DNA from: a virus
Strand: one strand, 5' to 3'
Virus record (IMG/VR): IMGVR_UViG_3300037418_000264
Coordinates: 4,297 to 68,296 of that record
DNA length: 64,000 nucleotides
Shown: positions 1 through 8,585 of the stretch, piece after piece
Numbering within the stretch: position 1 is the first letter of the stretch
How the letters are laid out: each line of letters begins with the position of its first letter
Notes under the pieces: generated by a model
Databases searched by the model: none
Seen by the model: the letters and a program-made list of their open reading frames with translations, nothing else
What the model was told of the DNA's origin: nothing
Made by a program: the position numbers and the translations under genes

Positions 1-1
1 T

Positions 2-271
2 AAGTACGACACGACTTGGAACCCTCCGGCGCGGTTTGATCATGCTTTCGGCGGCAAGCTTATCCTGTATCGTTTGCCTCAAAAAGAGGTTGTTCGTGTC
101 TGTCAGAATATGCCGGGTGCTGGAATGTTGCAGCATGGTTGTTCTGAATTGAAGGGTGACACCTGTACGGTTATCACCATTAACAAGACGTTCATGGGCG
201 CTACTCCTGCGGCGGTCCTTCGTCATGAAATAGGCCATTGCAACGGTTGGCCGTCTAATCATCCTGATTAA
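2..271 (+). CDS. 5'-truncated protein with HEXXH zinc-metallopeptidase-like motif
   Basis: The frame is open from base 2, so the gene starts before the window; the C-terminal part contains LRHEIGHCNGW. Confidence 0.6.
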   Translation, partial: KYDTTWNPPARFDHAFGGKLILYRLPQKEVVRVCQNMPGAGMLQHGCSELKGDTCTVITINKTFMGATPAAVLRHEIGHCNGWPSNHPD

Positions 272-281
272 TGGGGAAATC

Positions 282-506
282 ATGCGCTACAAAATTGAAG
301 TCGCTCATAAGCCCCTCCCTCACATGGCGTCGATGGGTTTTGAGCGTGAAGTGTCACACGTCGTGACGATTGAAGTCGCGCGTAATAGCAAGGGCCAAGA
401 GTACCTTGCTAAGACTGTCGAACGCATTTGGGTTCACGGAACTGATGACGTAAAACCGAGAGATATTCTTGAGGTAATCGTCACGGCGTATCGGGAGAAG
501 TTGTGA
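282..506 (+). CDS. hypothetical protein
   Basis: ATG preceded by GGGG; follows the upstream stop closely. Confidence 0.6.
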   Translation: MRYKIEVAHKPLPHMASMGFEREVSHVVTIEVARNSKGQEYLAKTVERIWVHGTDDVKPRDILEVIVTAYREKL

Positions 507-813
507 TGTTATATATCATCTTGTACTTTCTCGGCGTTCCAATCTCAACTCTTATCTTGCTGGCAATCCTCGCGAGTGTAAATCGTGGTTGTCGGCGGTA
601 CTGATGTTTCTATACGGAACAAACCAGCGTGACACATGTGTTAGTCTCTTGTCCTGTCCACGCAAGGTTTACCTATTGGCCGGCTTCAATAGGGTTTAGT
701 TTTAGGTGTCTTGTGGCAGCCTGCCGGATCAAAAACGGCGAATGAGTATCATCCACAAGCATAGTTAGTAGCGGTGACTATGTGGCGAAAGCATCACCGG
801 CACGTATGTAGAC

Positions 814-845
814 TAACGTCCTAAGCAAGACGTTAAACTGCTTAG
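814..845 (+). ncRNA. compact H-type pseudoknot in an intergenic structured region
   Basis: Stem 1 TAACGTC (814-820) pairs with GACGTTA (829-835); stem 2 CTAAGCA (821-827) pairs with TGCTTAG (839-845). Confidence 0.5.
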
Positions 846-968
846 CATTTAGTTTCCCGTCATCACATGGACTCCCCTCCAACTTCGTTGGGGAACGGCG
901 CGTGCGCCTATGGGTCGTAGCGATTGCGAGCGGCGGGCTTTTTATCTAAACAAATGAAGGAGTGCGAA

Positions 969-1253
969 ATGGCACGGTATCGTGTGGCACACTACCCACG
1001 TCGTAACACATGGTTGGCCTATAAGGAAGATGGTTCTTTCTATTGGCAAGAGGGTATCAAGGGATCACACTTGTTCCCAAACTATAAGTCGGCGCGTGAT
1101 GCCTTGGATACTTTGCCCGATGAAAAGCTTATGTACGGCGAGTCTTATAAACTGCGCTGCACATTCATGAAGTTCTACGACTCGAACGAGCACTTCAAAC
1201 AAGAACAAGAATACTTATACAACAAGCGTCTGCTGCGTTCGTTCGGCTATTGA
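969..1253 (+). CDS. hypothetical protein
   Basis: AAGGAG Shine-Dalgarno (SD) before ATG 969 (MARYRV...). Confidence 0.65.
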   Translation: MARYRVAHYPRRNTWLAYKEDGSFYWQEGIKGSHLFPNYKSARDALDTLPDEKLMYGESYKLRCTFMKFYDSNEHFKQEQEYLYNKRLLRSFGY

Positions 1254-1265
1254 AAGGAGAAGACC

Positions 1266-1469
1266 ATGAAAATCAAAGGCTCATCCTCAATCGATGCAAT
1301 CTCCTATAATAAAAAGACTTCTGAGTTAACTGTCCAGATGAAGGACAATTCTGTCGTTGTGTATCTCGGCGTCCCGGAGCATGTATACCATGACTTTATC
1401 GACGCGCCATCGGCGGGTATCTATTACAATACTACCGTAAGGGGACAGTATAAGTTCCGATACGCATAA
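1266..1469 (+). CDS. KTSC domain protein
   Basis: SSSIDAISY...L.V......Y.GVP..VY..F..APS.G.YYN..VRG.Y pattern; AAGGAG SD. Confidence 0.85.
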   Translation: MKIKGSSSIDAISYNKKTSELTVQMKDNSVVVYLGVPEHVYHDFIDAPSAGIYYNTTVRGQYKFRYA

Positions 1470-1582
1470 TCTTTTTCGCTTGGAAGTTGGGGCGGTCTTC
1501 CTTTAGCATGGAGTTGCTCGGGGCATCTTCATGGTCATGTAATGCCTGCTTCTTAGAAGGGGCGTGTAGAGGGAATACCACA

Positions 1583-1795
1583 ATGCCTATCGTCATGTTC
1601 GATAACGACATGATCTATGTTATCTTTCCGAATACATTCGTCGCAGATACACATGAAGGATGGTTCGACCGTTCTATGTGGCGGCGGGTTTACGTCGAGA
1701 GTGACATGAAAGTCTCAGTATCAGACAGGGGCAATGCTTATCGTGCCCCCTTCAGTAAGGTTGGGGTACCTGACTTCATAGTGAAGGATTTGTGA
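1583..1795 (+). CDS. hypothetical protein
   Basis: GAGGG SD before ATG 1583. Confidence 0.55.
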   Translation: MPIVMFDNDMIYVIFPNTFVADTHEGWFDRSMWRRVYVESDMKVSVSDRGNAYRAPFSKVGVPDFIVKDL

Positions 1796-1889
1796 TGAGG
1801 TCCCTCATATACCTTATCGCTCTCGTCTTGTATTTGCTAGTGGCCGTGGCCTTCGGCAAGTACTTAAAGCATAGGCGTTAACTCGCCTA

Positions 1890-1966
1890 GCCCACGTCGT
1901 CTAAGTGCAGGACGCATACGCGGAGTCGGTGTAATGCTAGGCCGGTCAACCTAGCCGTGGGTACCT
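1890..1966 (+). ncRNA. tRNA-like (non-canonical or degenerate) RNA
   Basis: 7-bp acceptor GCCCACG/CGTGGGT plus A-CC(T); D-like arm GTC...GAC; T-like arm GCTAGG/CCTAGC; lacks the TTC loop and a clean 7-nt anticodon loop. Confidence 0.45.
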
Positions 1967-1991
1967 AATTCAGATGGGCGTTAACTCGCCC

Positions 1992-2044
1992 GCGTGTGGT
2001 GGAGACCGGCCGTAAGCCGTAAGTCAATGAGGCCACACGCACCA
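1992..2044 (+). ncRNA. short CCA-ended stem-loop RNA (minihelix-like)
   Basis: 9-bp stem GCGTGTGGT/GCCACACGC followed by ACCA; internal hairpin CGGC-CGTAA-GCCG. Confidence 0.4.
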
Positions 2045-2062
2045 ATTCTCTGGGAGGCTACG

Positions 2063-2305
2063 ATGGAACGTGCGACTGTCGTTGAATACAAGCGTATCCC
2101 GATGTGCCATGATTGTGCACTCTTCTGGCGTGGTGCCAATATGTGTCATGCGTTTGAATTACTTGACGAACGGTTCAATCCGTCTGATGCCGTAGCCAAT
2201 CGTCTCGACGAAGAGCTGTGTGGTCTCGGCGGCAGATATTATATCCCGCGTCCACCGAAGGCTTCGTTCCTATCACGAATTTTGGCGTGGGCTTTTGGAG
2301 GCTAG
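2063..2305 (+). CDS. Cys-rich hypothetical protein with C-terminal amphipathic helix
   Basis: GGGAGG SD; CxxC...C...C; ends KASFLSRILAWAFGG. Confidence 0.65.
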   Translation: MERATVVEYKRIPMCHDCALFWRGANMCHAFELLDERFNPSDAVANRLDEELCGLGGRYYIPRPPKASFLSRILAWAFGG

Positions 2306-2307
2306 TT

Positions 2308-2661
2308 ATGTGGGACATCAAAGTTGGTGACAAAGTAACGCCCGTTCGGAGTTGGACTAAAAGGAGCGAAAGATACGAACACGAAATCTTCCCTTCTTTA
2401 GGCACAGTGTACACTGTTCGTTCCGTGTTCGTCGTTAACGGACTTCCAAGTATTCATTTGGTTGAAATTGTGAACAAACCAGATGTTTACTCGGTCGATG
2501 GTTGCAATCAAGTGTCTGAAGTGTGCTTTATCTTGAAGTACTTCCGCAAGGTCATTTCGAACAAAGGAATGGATGAGTTGACCAAATTTCTCTCCAATCC
2601 TCAGTCCAAAGTGACCAACAACGGCTTCGGCAAGAAAGTCAAGAGGAAAATTAGGGCCTAA
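2308..2661 (+). CDS. hypothetical protein with SH3/KOW-like N-terminus
   Basis: GGAGG SD; starts MWDIKVGDKV. Confidence 0.65.
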   Translation: MWDIKVGDKVTPVRSWTKRSERYEHEIFPSLGTVYTVRSVFVVNGLPSIHLVEIVNKPDVYSVDGCNQVSEVCFILKYFRKVISNKGMDELTKFLSNPQSKVTNNGFGKKVKRKIRA

Positions 2662-2867
2662 TACTTCTAAAAGCAACAATAATCCAATGGGAAGGCAACA
2701 AAGATGTGGCGAGTGGGTATCGTGTCTTATCGTGAGAGCGGTTGGACTTTTTCATTCTATGACGAATGCGATATCATCCATGAATGGTGTGGTCCGGGGT
2801 TTGAGAGGGCAACTTTGGCCAAACAGTATATGAGAGAATTGATCAAAGCCCTTAACGGAGAAAAATA

Positions 2868-3551
2868 GTGCAGATGATGACTTCATACTCCTATACGATG
2901 GAGGCGCGTGGTGGTTTTAGTGGTGGTTCGCGTTCTTTCTCTGCTCCTCGCGTTAGTGTGCCTCGTATTAGCACTCCTAGCGTCCCGCGAGTTTCTGTTC
3001 CCTCCGCTCCTAGGGTTTCTGCGCCGCGCGTATCATCGCCTCCGGCTGCCGTTTCCACTCCGAGTGCTCCGCGTGTTTCTACGCCGGCTGCTGGTAGTCG
3101 TATTAGCAATTCCCCTGTATCTTCTGCTCCCCGCGTCAGTACGCCGGGTTATACTACGCGCTCGAATTACACTTCGCAGACGCGAAGCGGCCAGTACACG
3201 GTAGTCAACAACCACTACTACAGTCCTCGTGGTACTGGTTACGGCTACTACTACCATCCGGGGTATGGCTACTATCCCGATACTTTCTTCTACCATTACT
3301 TCTGGTGGTCGATGTTCTGGAATGCCTCTCAGCAGCCACAGCAAGTGATCATCCAGCAGCCTGCGGCTCAGAGTGTTCCCTACCCTTCCACTCAGGGGCC
3401 TTACCAACCCCAGCCGCAGGATCAATATCAACAGGTTCAACAGCCGATGCCGCAGGACGATACGAACTTCCTCGGCCTGACCACGGTTGGTGTCCTCATC
3501 GGCCTGTGCATTCTCGGCTACTTGGCCTATCGCGGTATGAAAACCGCATGA
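2868..3551 (+). CDS. low-complexity repeat protein with C-terminal transmembrane anchor
   Basis: Repeated (S/A)PRVS/PRIS units, a Tyr/Gly-rich block, a Gln-rich linker and the hydrophobic segment FLGLTTVGVLIGLCILGYLAY. Confidence 0.7.
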   Translation: MQMMTSYSYTMEARGGFSGGSRSFSAPRVSVPRISTPSVPRVSVPSAPRVSAPRVSSPPAAVSTPSAPRVSTPAAGSRISNSPVSSAPRVSTPGYTTRSNYTSQTRSGQYTVVNNHYYSPRGTGYGYYYHPGYGYYPDTFFYHYFWWSMFWNASQQPQQVIIQQPAAQSVPYPSTQGPYQPQPQDQYQQVQQPMPQDDTNFLGLTTVGVLIGLCILGYLAYRGMKTA

Positions 3552-3712
3552 ACAAGTCGAAAACTTCCCGTATTAACGAGTGTCGGCGTAGAATACTCGG
3601 GATGTTCAACTCGTATGCCTTACACGTACGAGATTGGGAACCCAAGAAAGAAGGCGACTACGACGACCTCGAAGAGACTATCAATCGAATTCTAGAAGAG
3701 TTCGTAACTTAA
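3548..3712 (+). CDS. hypothetical protein
   Basis: ATGA overlap with the upstream stop. Confidence 0.55.
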   Translation: MNKSKTSRINECRRRILGMFNSYALHVRDWEPKKEGDYDDLEETINRILEEFVT

Positions 3713-3724
3713 CGGAGAACTCAA

Positions 3725-4186
3725 ATGCGTACTGGCTCTCTTCGCTCGCCGATGAGAACGCTCATTGGTATCGGCTTCGCCGCCTGCGTGGCTTCTGCCA
3801 CAGCCTTTCTTCTTCTCGCTTCTACCGTGTCTTCTCATGCCTACGATGTCGGAAATGACCTCGGTGGGACTGTCTATGACTACGTAATGAACGCGTCAGG
3901 AATGAAGGATACCAATGAGCCCGTACGTTTCAATGGTGTGTGTGCCAGTGCGTGTACTCTGTATATCGAGTTGCCCAAGACGTGTGTCACACCGGAGGCA
4001 GAGTTTATCTTCCATAAACCTTTCGGCGGGACGGAAGAACAGATTGCGTACACCGAAAACTATTTGATGACCCATTATCCCAAGTGGGTCCAAGTCTGGA
4101 TTGATGCCCATGGCGGTCTTCAGGCTAATCCAATCATCATGCCCTATTCAATAATCAAGAAACACATGAGGCGATGCCCAGAATGA
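3725..4186 (+). CDS. exported protein with C-x-S-A-C ... H motif (ClpP/crotonase-like peptidase family, putative)
   Basis: Signal-peptide-like N-terminus ending SSHA; DLGG, GVCASACTLY and FIFHKP motifs. Confidence 0.55.
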   Translation: MRTGSLRSPMRTLIGIGFAACVASATAFLLLASTVSSHAYDVGNDLGGTVYDYVMNASGMKDTNEPVRFNGVCASACTLYIELPKTCVTPEAEFIFHKPFGGTEEQIAYTENYLMTHYPKWVQVWIDAHGGLQANPIIMPYSIIKKHMRRCPE

Positions 4187-4458
4187 ACGTCTACGTTCTT
4201 ACCAAAGGCGACTTGAATGACTACGACGCTCCCGCTCCGGGGGCTGTCTTTTTGACTGAACGGGAAGCGTGGGAACACGTAAGTAAATCCCTTCAGTTCT
4301 TGACGTACGAAAACGGTGACGTCTACTATACGACAGAATACTCATATATGTACGAAATGCCTGTCGGAGTGGACATCGACATGAATGACGTTCGTGTTTT
4401 CGAAGTACCTACGTGGTATAAAATCTCTAACGAAATCGGGAGGCATTGGCAACCATGA
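4183..4458 (+). CDS. hypothetical protein
   Basis: ATGA overlap with the upstream stop. Confidence 0.6.
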   Translation: MNVYVLTKGDLNDYDAPAPGAVFLTEREAWEHVSKSLQFLTYENGDVYYTTEYSYMYEMPVGVDIDMNDVRVFEVPTWYKISNEIGRHWQP

Positions 4459-4649
4459 TTAAGTTCATCTGTGTGATCTACATGATGTTACCCCAACCGA
4501 TAGGTGAGCAGATGCAGATCATTAAGCTCGAGAAGCCGTTTCATTCTTTGCAGGAATGCAGAGCGTGGGCTCATGAACAGGAGTATTCGCCGACCATTCG
4601 TTCTATCGGCGGTACGCTATTCTTCTGTGAAAAGCAGTGGGAAGTCTGA
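4455..4649 (+). CDS. small hypothetical protein
   Basis: ATGA overlap; GGGAGG upstream. Confidence 0.5.
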   Translation: MIKFICVIYMMLPQPIGEQMQIIKLEKPFHSLQECRAWAHEQEYSPTIRSIGGTLFFCEKQWEV

Positions 4650-4809
4650 TGTTCAAACTCATCATCATTCTGTGGATGAACGGCGTCGCCATGCAAGACG
4701 TCTCTTGGTACCAGACGCTCGAAGACTGCAAATACGGTGGTGATCAGGCCGTCACCCAAAATCGATACTTGACATACGTATGTATACCTGACCACAAACC
4801 TAAATACAA

Positions 4810-5196
4810 ATGAGTTCCTCTTCGCTACGCTCATCAGCGTTGCAGTACTTTGACCTACTAAAGGACGTGGCAGAAGACGCCACTCTTGTCAGACATTCCC
4901 GCCACGCCGCCTGTGTTGTACATCGTGATAGGATGCTCGCCATAGGCACCGCGAAGTACAAAACCCATCCGATTATGACGCGGTTCGCAACCAATCCAGA
5001 ACAGGTATATCTCCATGCTGAAGTGGATGCTATTATCCGTACTGTTAATCGGTATGGACCTGACGTTCTTAGGAACTCTGACCTATACGTCTTACGTCTC
5101 ACTAAAGGTGGGTCAGTCGCCTTAAGCAAACCGTGTGAGGTGTGTCAGCGGGCAATAAACGAGTTCGGGATCAAACAAGTCTACTGGAGTGAGTGA
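4810..5196 (+). CDS. zinc-dependent deaminase (cytidine/dCMP deaminase fold)
   Basis: HAE (LHAEVDAI) and PCxxC (SKPCEVC) zinc-binding motifs. Confidence 0.85.
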   Translation: MSSSSLRSSALQYFDLLKDVAEDATLVRHSRHAACVVHRDRMLAIGTAKYKTHPIMTRFATNPEQVYLHAEVDAIIRTVNRYGPDVLRNSDLYVLRLTKGGSVALSKPCEVCQRAINEFGIKQVYWSE

Positions 5197-5381
5197 TGAC
5201 AATCTTTTTGGTAGTCTACATGTACTTCATCGTCTTCTGTCTGAGCATGTCTATTTTTGCTCTTGACCAGAGGACAGCAGGAAAGAAGTATCCTTTCGTC
5301 CTTCTATGGGCGTTAGGTTGGCCGATTACTTGGCCTCTTATCTGTATCGTGGCGTTAGTCTTAGCGTCGATGAAGGAGTAA
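5193..5381 (+). CDS. small membrane protein
   Basis: Two hydrophobic segments and a WP motif. Confidence 0.6.
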   Translation: MMTIFLVVYMYFIVFCLSMSIFALDQRTAGKKYPFVLLWALGWPITWPLICIVALVLASMKE

Positions 5382-5384
5382 ACG

Positions 5385-5651
5385 ATGCGTGCAATGGACA
5401 GAAGAGGGCCTTTCTTGCCGATAGGCCACGTCAACGAGGAAGAAAAGGAAACCACGATGCAGTGCTTGAAGCATATTCCTGCCCGTGAAGCCCATATGCA
5501 GATTGTTCCGGGGCGGATTGTGGACAACGTGTTTGTCTACCCACAGGCTAACGGCAACGTCAACCTGATGATTCCGTCAAGTGACCAGTTCACCAAGAAC
5601 AGTATCTATGAACTCGGAAAGGCACTTCTCCAACTGTCGGAGTTCATGTAG
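5385..5651 (+). CDS. hypothetical protein
   Basis: AAGGAG SD; tightly packed with neighbours. Confidence 0.65.
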   Translation: MRAMDRRGPFLPIGHVNEEEKETTMQCLKHIPAREAHMQIVPGRIVDNVFVYPQANGNVNLMIPSSDQFTKNSIYELGKALLQLSEFM

Positions 5652-6030
5652 TGCTTGAAAAGCCATTCGAGAAAACCAAGAATGACTTAGTACAGTACTG
5701 TCGCCAGATCGAAGACGAGAACAGACAATTGAAGGTGCAAGTCCGTGTCCTTCAAGAGACTTTAATCGGCCAGAGGGCCACAACCAAGGAGGTAGACTAT
5801 GAACTCGATGACGAACACATCTAGCCCGAACCGTATCAAGAATGTACGCAAGTACGTCTCCGCCGTCATGGGATCGAACTTTGGCCAGAAGTGTCTCGAA
5901 AGAAACAACGCCTTCGCTCTGGCCTTCAAGAAGGCTTTGTCGGCTTGATTAAAGCTTTCTATTGGGGCCTGACCATCATTATAGTGTTGGGCCTCATTTC
6001 ATCCATCTATATGAATGTCTAGGAGATTTT

Positions 6031-6264
6031 ATGTCTAAGAAATTGTTTGTACTGATAAATATTTCAGACCCAGAATGCGAAGAGGTGTACGACTACTACG
6101 AGAGTATGGATGACCTCCACGATAACTTTTATATTCCGGGAAATTCATCCGAACTCAAGGACCACCGTATCCGAGAGTACGATCTAGTAAAAGAACACAA
6201 GTTGAAAATCGTTACAGAAACTATAACTGTCGAAAAGCAAGTAAAGAAGATTGCTCTGAAATGA
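6031..6264 (+). CDS. hypothetical protein
   Basis: AGGAG SD before ATG 6031. Confidence 0.65.
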   Translation: MSKKLFVLINISDPECEEVYDYYESMDDLHDNFYIPGNSSELKDHRIREYDLVKEHKLKIVTETITVEKQVKKIALK

Positions 6265-6497
6265 AACTGTCTTTTACCCGCCGACCACAGTATTACGGGA
6301 GTACCCATACGTCGCGTGAACTGTCCGTTCAGTTCTTCGAAGACCACAATGGCAAGGACATGTTGAAGGTCCGCGACAACTTCCAGTGCATCTATGTCCC
6401 TGTCTCTTTGATCAACAAAGCTTTGGAGGACCAATGGGCTCGCGACTCCGCAGAACGTGCAGAACGTATCGAAGCAGTAAAATCCGAGTCAGCATAG
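6261..6497 (+). CDS. hypothetical protein
   Basis: ATGA overlap. Confidence 0.6.
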   Translation: MKLSFTRRPQYYGSTHTSRELSVQFFEDHNGKDMLKVRDNFQCIYVPVSLINKALEDQWARDSAERAERIEAVKSESA

Positions 6498-6566
6498 TTT
6501 TTCCCCACTATGATGACTTCTTCATCGATTTCATTTTAAAACCAAGGGCGTTAGCTTGAGAGCAGC

Positions 6567-7424
6567 ATGAAATATCCTGTTATTCCTGAGAAGTTCCTGA
6601 ATGACATGCATCGTTTTAACCTCTCCGGCACGGGAAGCTATTGTTTTTCCATTCTGACTCGTGACGATCTTACAGGTTACCAATTGCACGAACGTCCAAG
6701 TCAACCCTGCTTCGGTGAACTACGGAAGTACCGGGACACACATGGTATCGAGTGCACTCAGCCCGATGACCGTCGTCCCACCGACCTTCACCACCCCTTC
6801 CCCCATGGAACACCAGTGGCCGTCGGCGTCAAACTACAAAGCAACGTTTTCGGACCTGAAAGTCAGTCTTCTGAGAAGTCAATCCTCCTTCGGTGTATGT
6901 TCACGGAGGGTTCCCATTGGGAACGTGGCTTCAAGGACGTCGAATTCACTCTGAACAGCAAGAAGCAGATCGTTGGATTGATCGTCAAGAATACCAAGAT
7001 CGATCCTACCGTCCTCGTCAATGCCCTTAAAGTGGCTGTCAACACCGGACAGCCCGAGAATATCCTGTTCATCGAGTTGCATGAGGCTGGTTTGAGTGTG
7101 GATGATGCTCTCCTTGTGGCACGTCACTTCCCTCATTTCCACAGATATGGAATTGGTGACGTCGGTTCGCGGATATGGAATTTTCCACGTCTCGACTTGA
7201 AGCGTTGGAAGTCACGCGATCCTCATGACTTTACGAGAGGTACACTGTACGACCGCTTCGATTACTGCCGCAAGCAGGCAGAAAACATCTACAACGCTGT
7301 GGGTGCTGATCCTTTCGTCAACATCGGTACGGCAGTTCGTCAGAGATTCAACTACTACGGTTATCATGCCCACAAAGTACCTCTTCGTGAATTTGTCCAA
7401 GCTGCACAGGATGTCTTGAAGTGA
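6567..7424 (+). CDS. hypothetical protein heading the ligase cluster
   Basis: 285-aa ORF directly upstream of the COOH-NH2 ligase; no motif recognised. Confidence 0.75.
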   Translation: MKYPVIPEKFLNDMHRFNLSGTGSYCFSILTRDDLTGYQLHERPSQPCFGELRKYRDTHGIECTQPDDRRPTDLHHPFPHGTPVAVGVKLQSNVFGPESQSSEKSILLRCMFTEGSHWERGFKDVEFTLNSKKQIVGLIVKNTKIDPTVLVNALKVAVNTGQPENILFIELHEAGLSVDDALLVARHFPHFHRYGIGDVGSRIWNFPRLDLKRWKSRDPHDFTRGTLYDRFDYCRKQAENIYNAVGADPFVNIGTAVRQRFNYYGYHAHKVPLREFVQAAQDVLK

Positions 7425-7459
7425 TCGAAGATCACATGAGCGATAACGGAGTTATCTGA

Positions 7460-8155
7460 ATGAAACTGCTCTACGGTGCCGATCCCGAGCTTTTCGTCTA
7501 TGAACGTGGCCGGTATAAGTCGGCGCATGACCTGATACCCGGCACGAAAGAATGTCCTCATCCTGCCTCATATGGTGCCATTCAAGTCGATGGTGTCGCG
7601 GCGGAATTTAACATCTGGCCTGCGTCGAACTGTGATGAATTTGTCCGGAACATTCTAGAAGTCAAGAACTTCCTATCACGCGAAGTCCAGAAAAGGTTGC
7701 CGAATGCCGATTTGGTGGCTGATCCAACAGCAAGGTTCACCCCCGAGTACTTTGACTCTCTACCGTTTGAAACCAAGCTTTTGGGGTGTACCCCTGACTT
7801 TGATGCATACACGGGTGCAGAGAACGAACCGCCAGCAACCGACAAACCCATTAGGACTGGTGGGGGACATATTCATATTGGTTGGACACAAGACGTCGAT
7901 CCTTTTGACCACGAGCATTTCGCCTTGTGCCGCGAGTTGACCAAGCGTTTAGACGATCAACTCTACAATGCGTCTCTAGATTGGGACAGTGACCAAACAC
8001 GTCGAGAACTTTACGGCAAGATGGGTTCTTTTCGTCCGAAGTCATATGGTCTCGAATACCGACCTCTCTCAAATGCTTGGGTCGCTGACGAACGGTTGAT
8101 CGAACGTGTCTTCTATTTAACTGACGGTACCACTCGTCGATTTTTCAATCTTTAA
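7460..8155 (+). CDS. phiEco32-like COOH-NH2 ligase type 2 (glutamine-synthetase-fold amidoligase)
   Basis: GADPELF, QVDGVAAEFNI, GCTPDFDAY, RTGGGHIHIG, RRELYG and RPKSYGLEYRPLSNAW motifs. Confidence 0.88.
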   Translation: MKLLYGADPELFVYERGRYKSAHDLIPGTKECPHPASYGAIQVDGVAAEFNIWPASNCDEFVRNILEVKNFLSREVQKRLPNADLVADPTARFTPEYFDSLPFETKLLGCTPDFDAYTGAENEPPATDKPIRTGGGHIHIGWTQDVDPFDHEHFALCRELTKRLDDQLYNASLDWDSDQTRRELYGKMGSFRPKSYGLEYRPLSNAWVADERLIERVFYLTDGTTRRFFNL

Positions 8156-8187
8156 GAACTGAAATCGACAGAACTAGGAGATTTTTG

Positions 8188-8370
8188 ATGCGTGAGCATG
8201 AATTGAATAACAATTTCTACGACTCGTTTAATCTCAACGAACCTATCGACACCGATTGGGACGACTGGTCGTACGACGACTTCGACTATTGGCATGACCG
8301 GGATGACGACTACGGTGGTTCCTATGAAGAAGAGTACGAGGAAGACCTAGACGAAGAAGAGGACTGGTAA
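8188..8370 (+). CDS. small, extremely acidic protein
   Basis: AGGAG SD; Asp/Glu/aromatic-rich; ends EEEYEEDLDEEEDW. Confidence 0.65.
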   Translation: MREHELNNNFYDSFNLNEPIDTDWDDWSYDDFDYWHDRDDDYGGSYEEEYEEDLDEEEDW

Positions 8371-8585
8371 TGAAGTTTCCGAAAGTCCAACATAAGTTGC
8401 CTCCTTCATTTGAAGAAAAGATCGAGTGGGACAATGAACTCGAATGCCTGCTGTCCGCGCCTGTCGTCCCTTTCGGACAATACCGATACGTCAAGGAACA
8501 GCAGGGACTGTCCCGATACTCCTGTATACGACATATCAAAGAACAACGTGGAGGCGGTGGTTCTGCCGGGTCTGGTCGTGGATAA
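8370..8585 (+). CDS. hypothetical protein
   Basis: TAATG overlap with the upstream gene; also overlaps the next ORF, so uncertain. Confidence 0.4.
   Translation: MKFPKVQHKLPPSFEEKIEWDNELECLLSAPVVPFGQYRYVKEQQGLSRYSCIRHIKEQRGGGGSAGSGRG

Noticed and set aside
2308-2661. Possible 13th member of the tagged family (IKVGDKV start; NNGFGKKVKRKIRA end)
   Set aside because: The tail lacks the second aromatic residue and the acidic end, and the gene is far from the blocks; at best a distant relative.
4769-4787. TTGACA plus palindrome ACATACGTATGT, and a CGTATGTATAC match to 63946
   Set aside because: There is no -10 at the right spacing and it lies within a small ORF; likely chance.
5651-5830. Possible tRNA or ncRNA in an apparent gap
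   Set aside because: It reads as a short open frame (VLEKPFEKTKNDLVQYCRQ...) and no cloverleaf was found.
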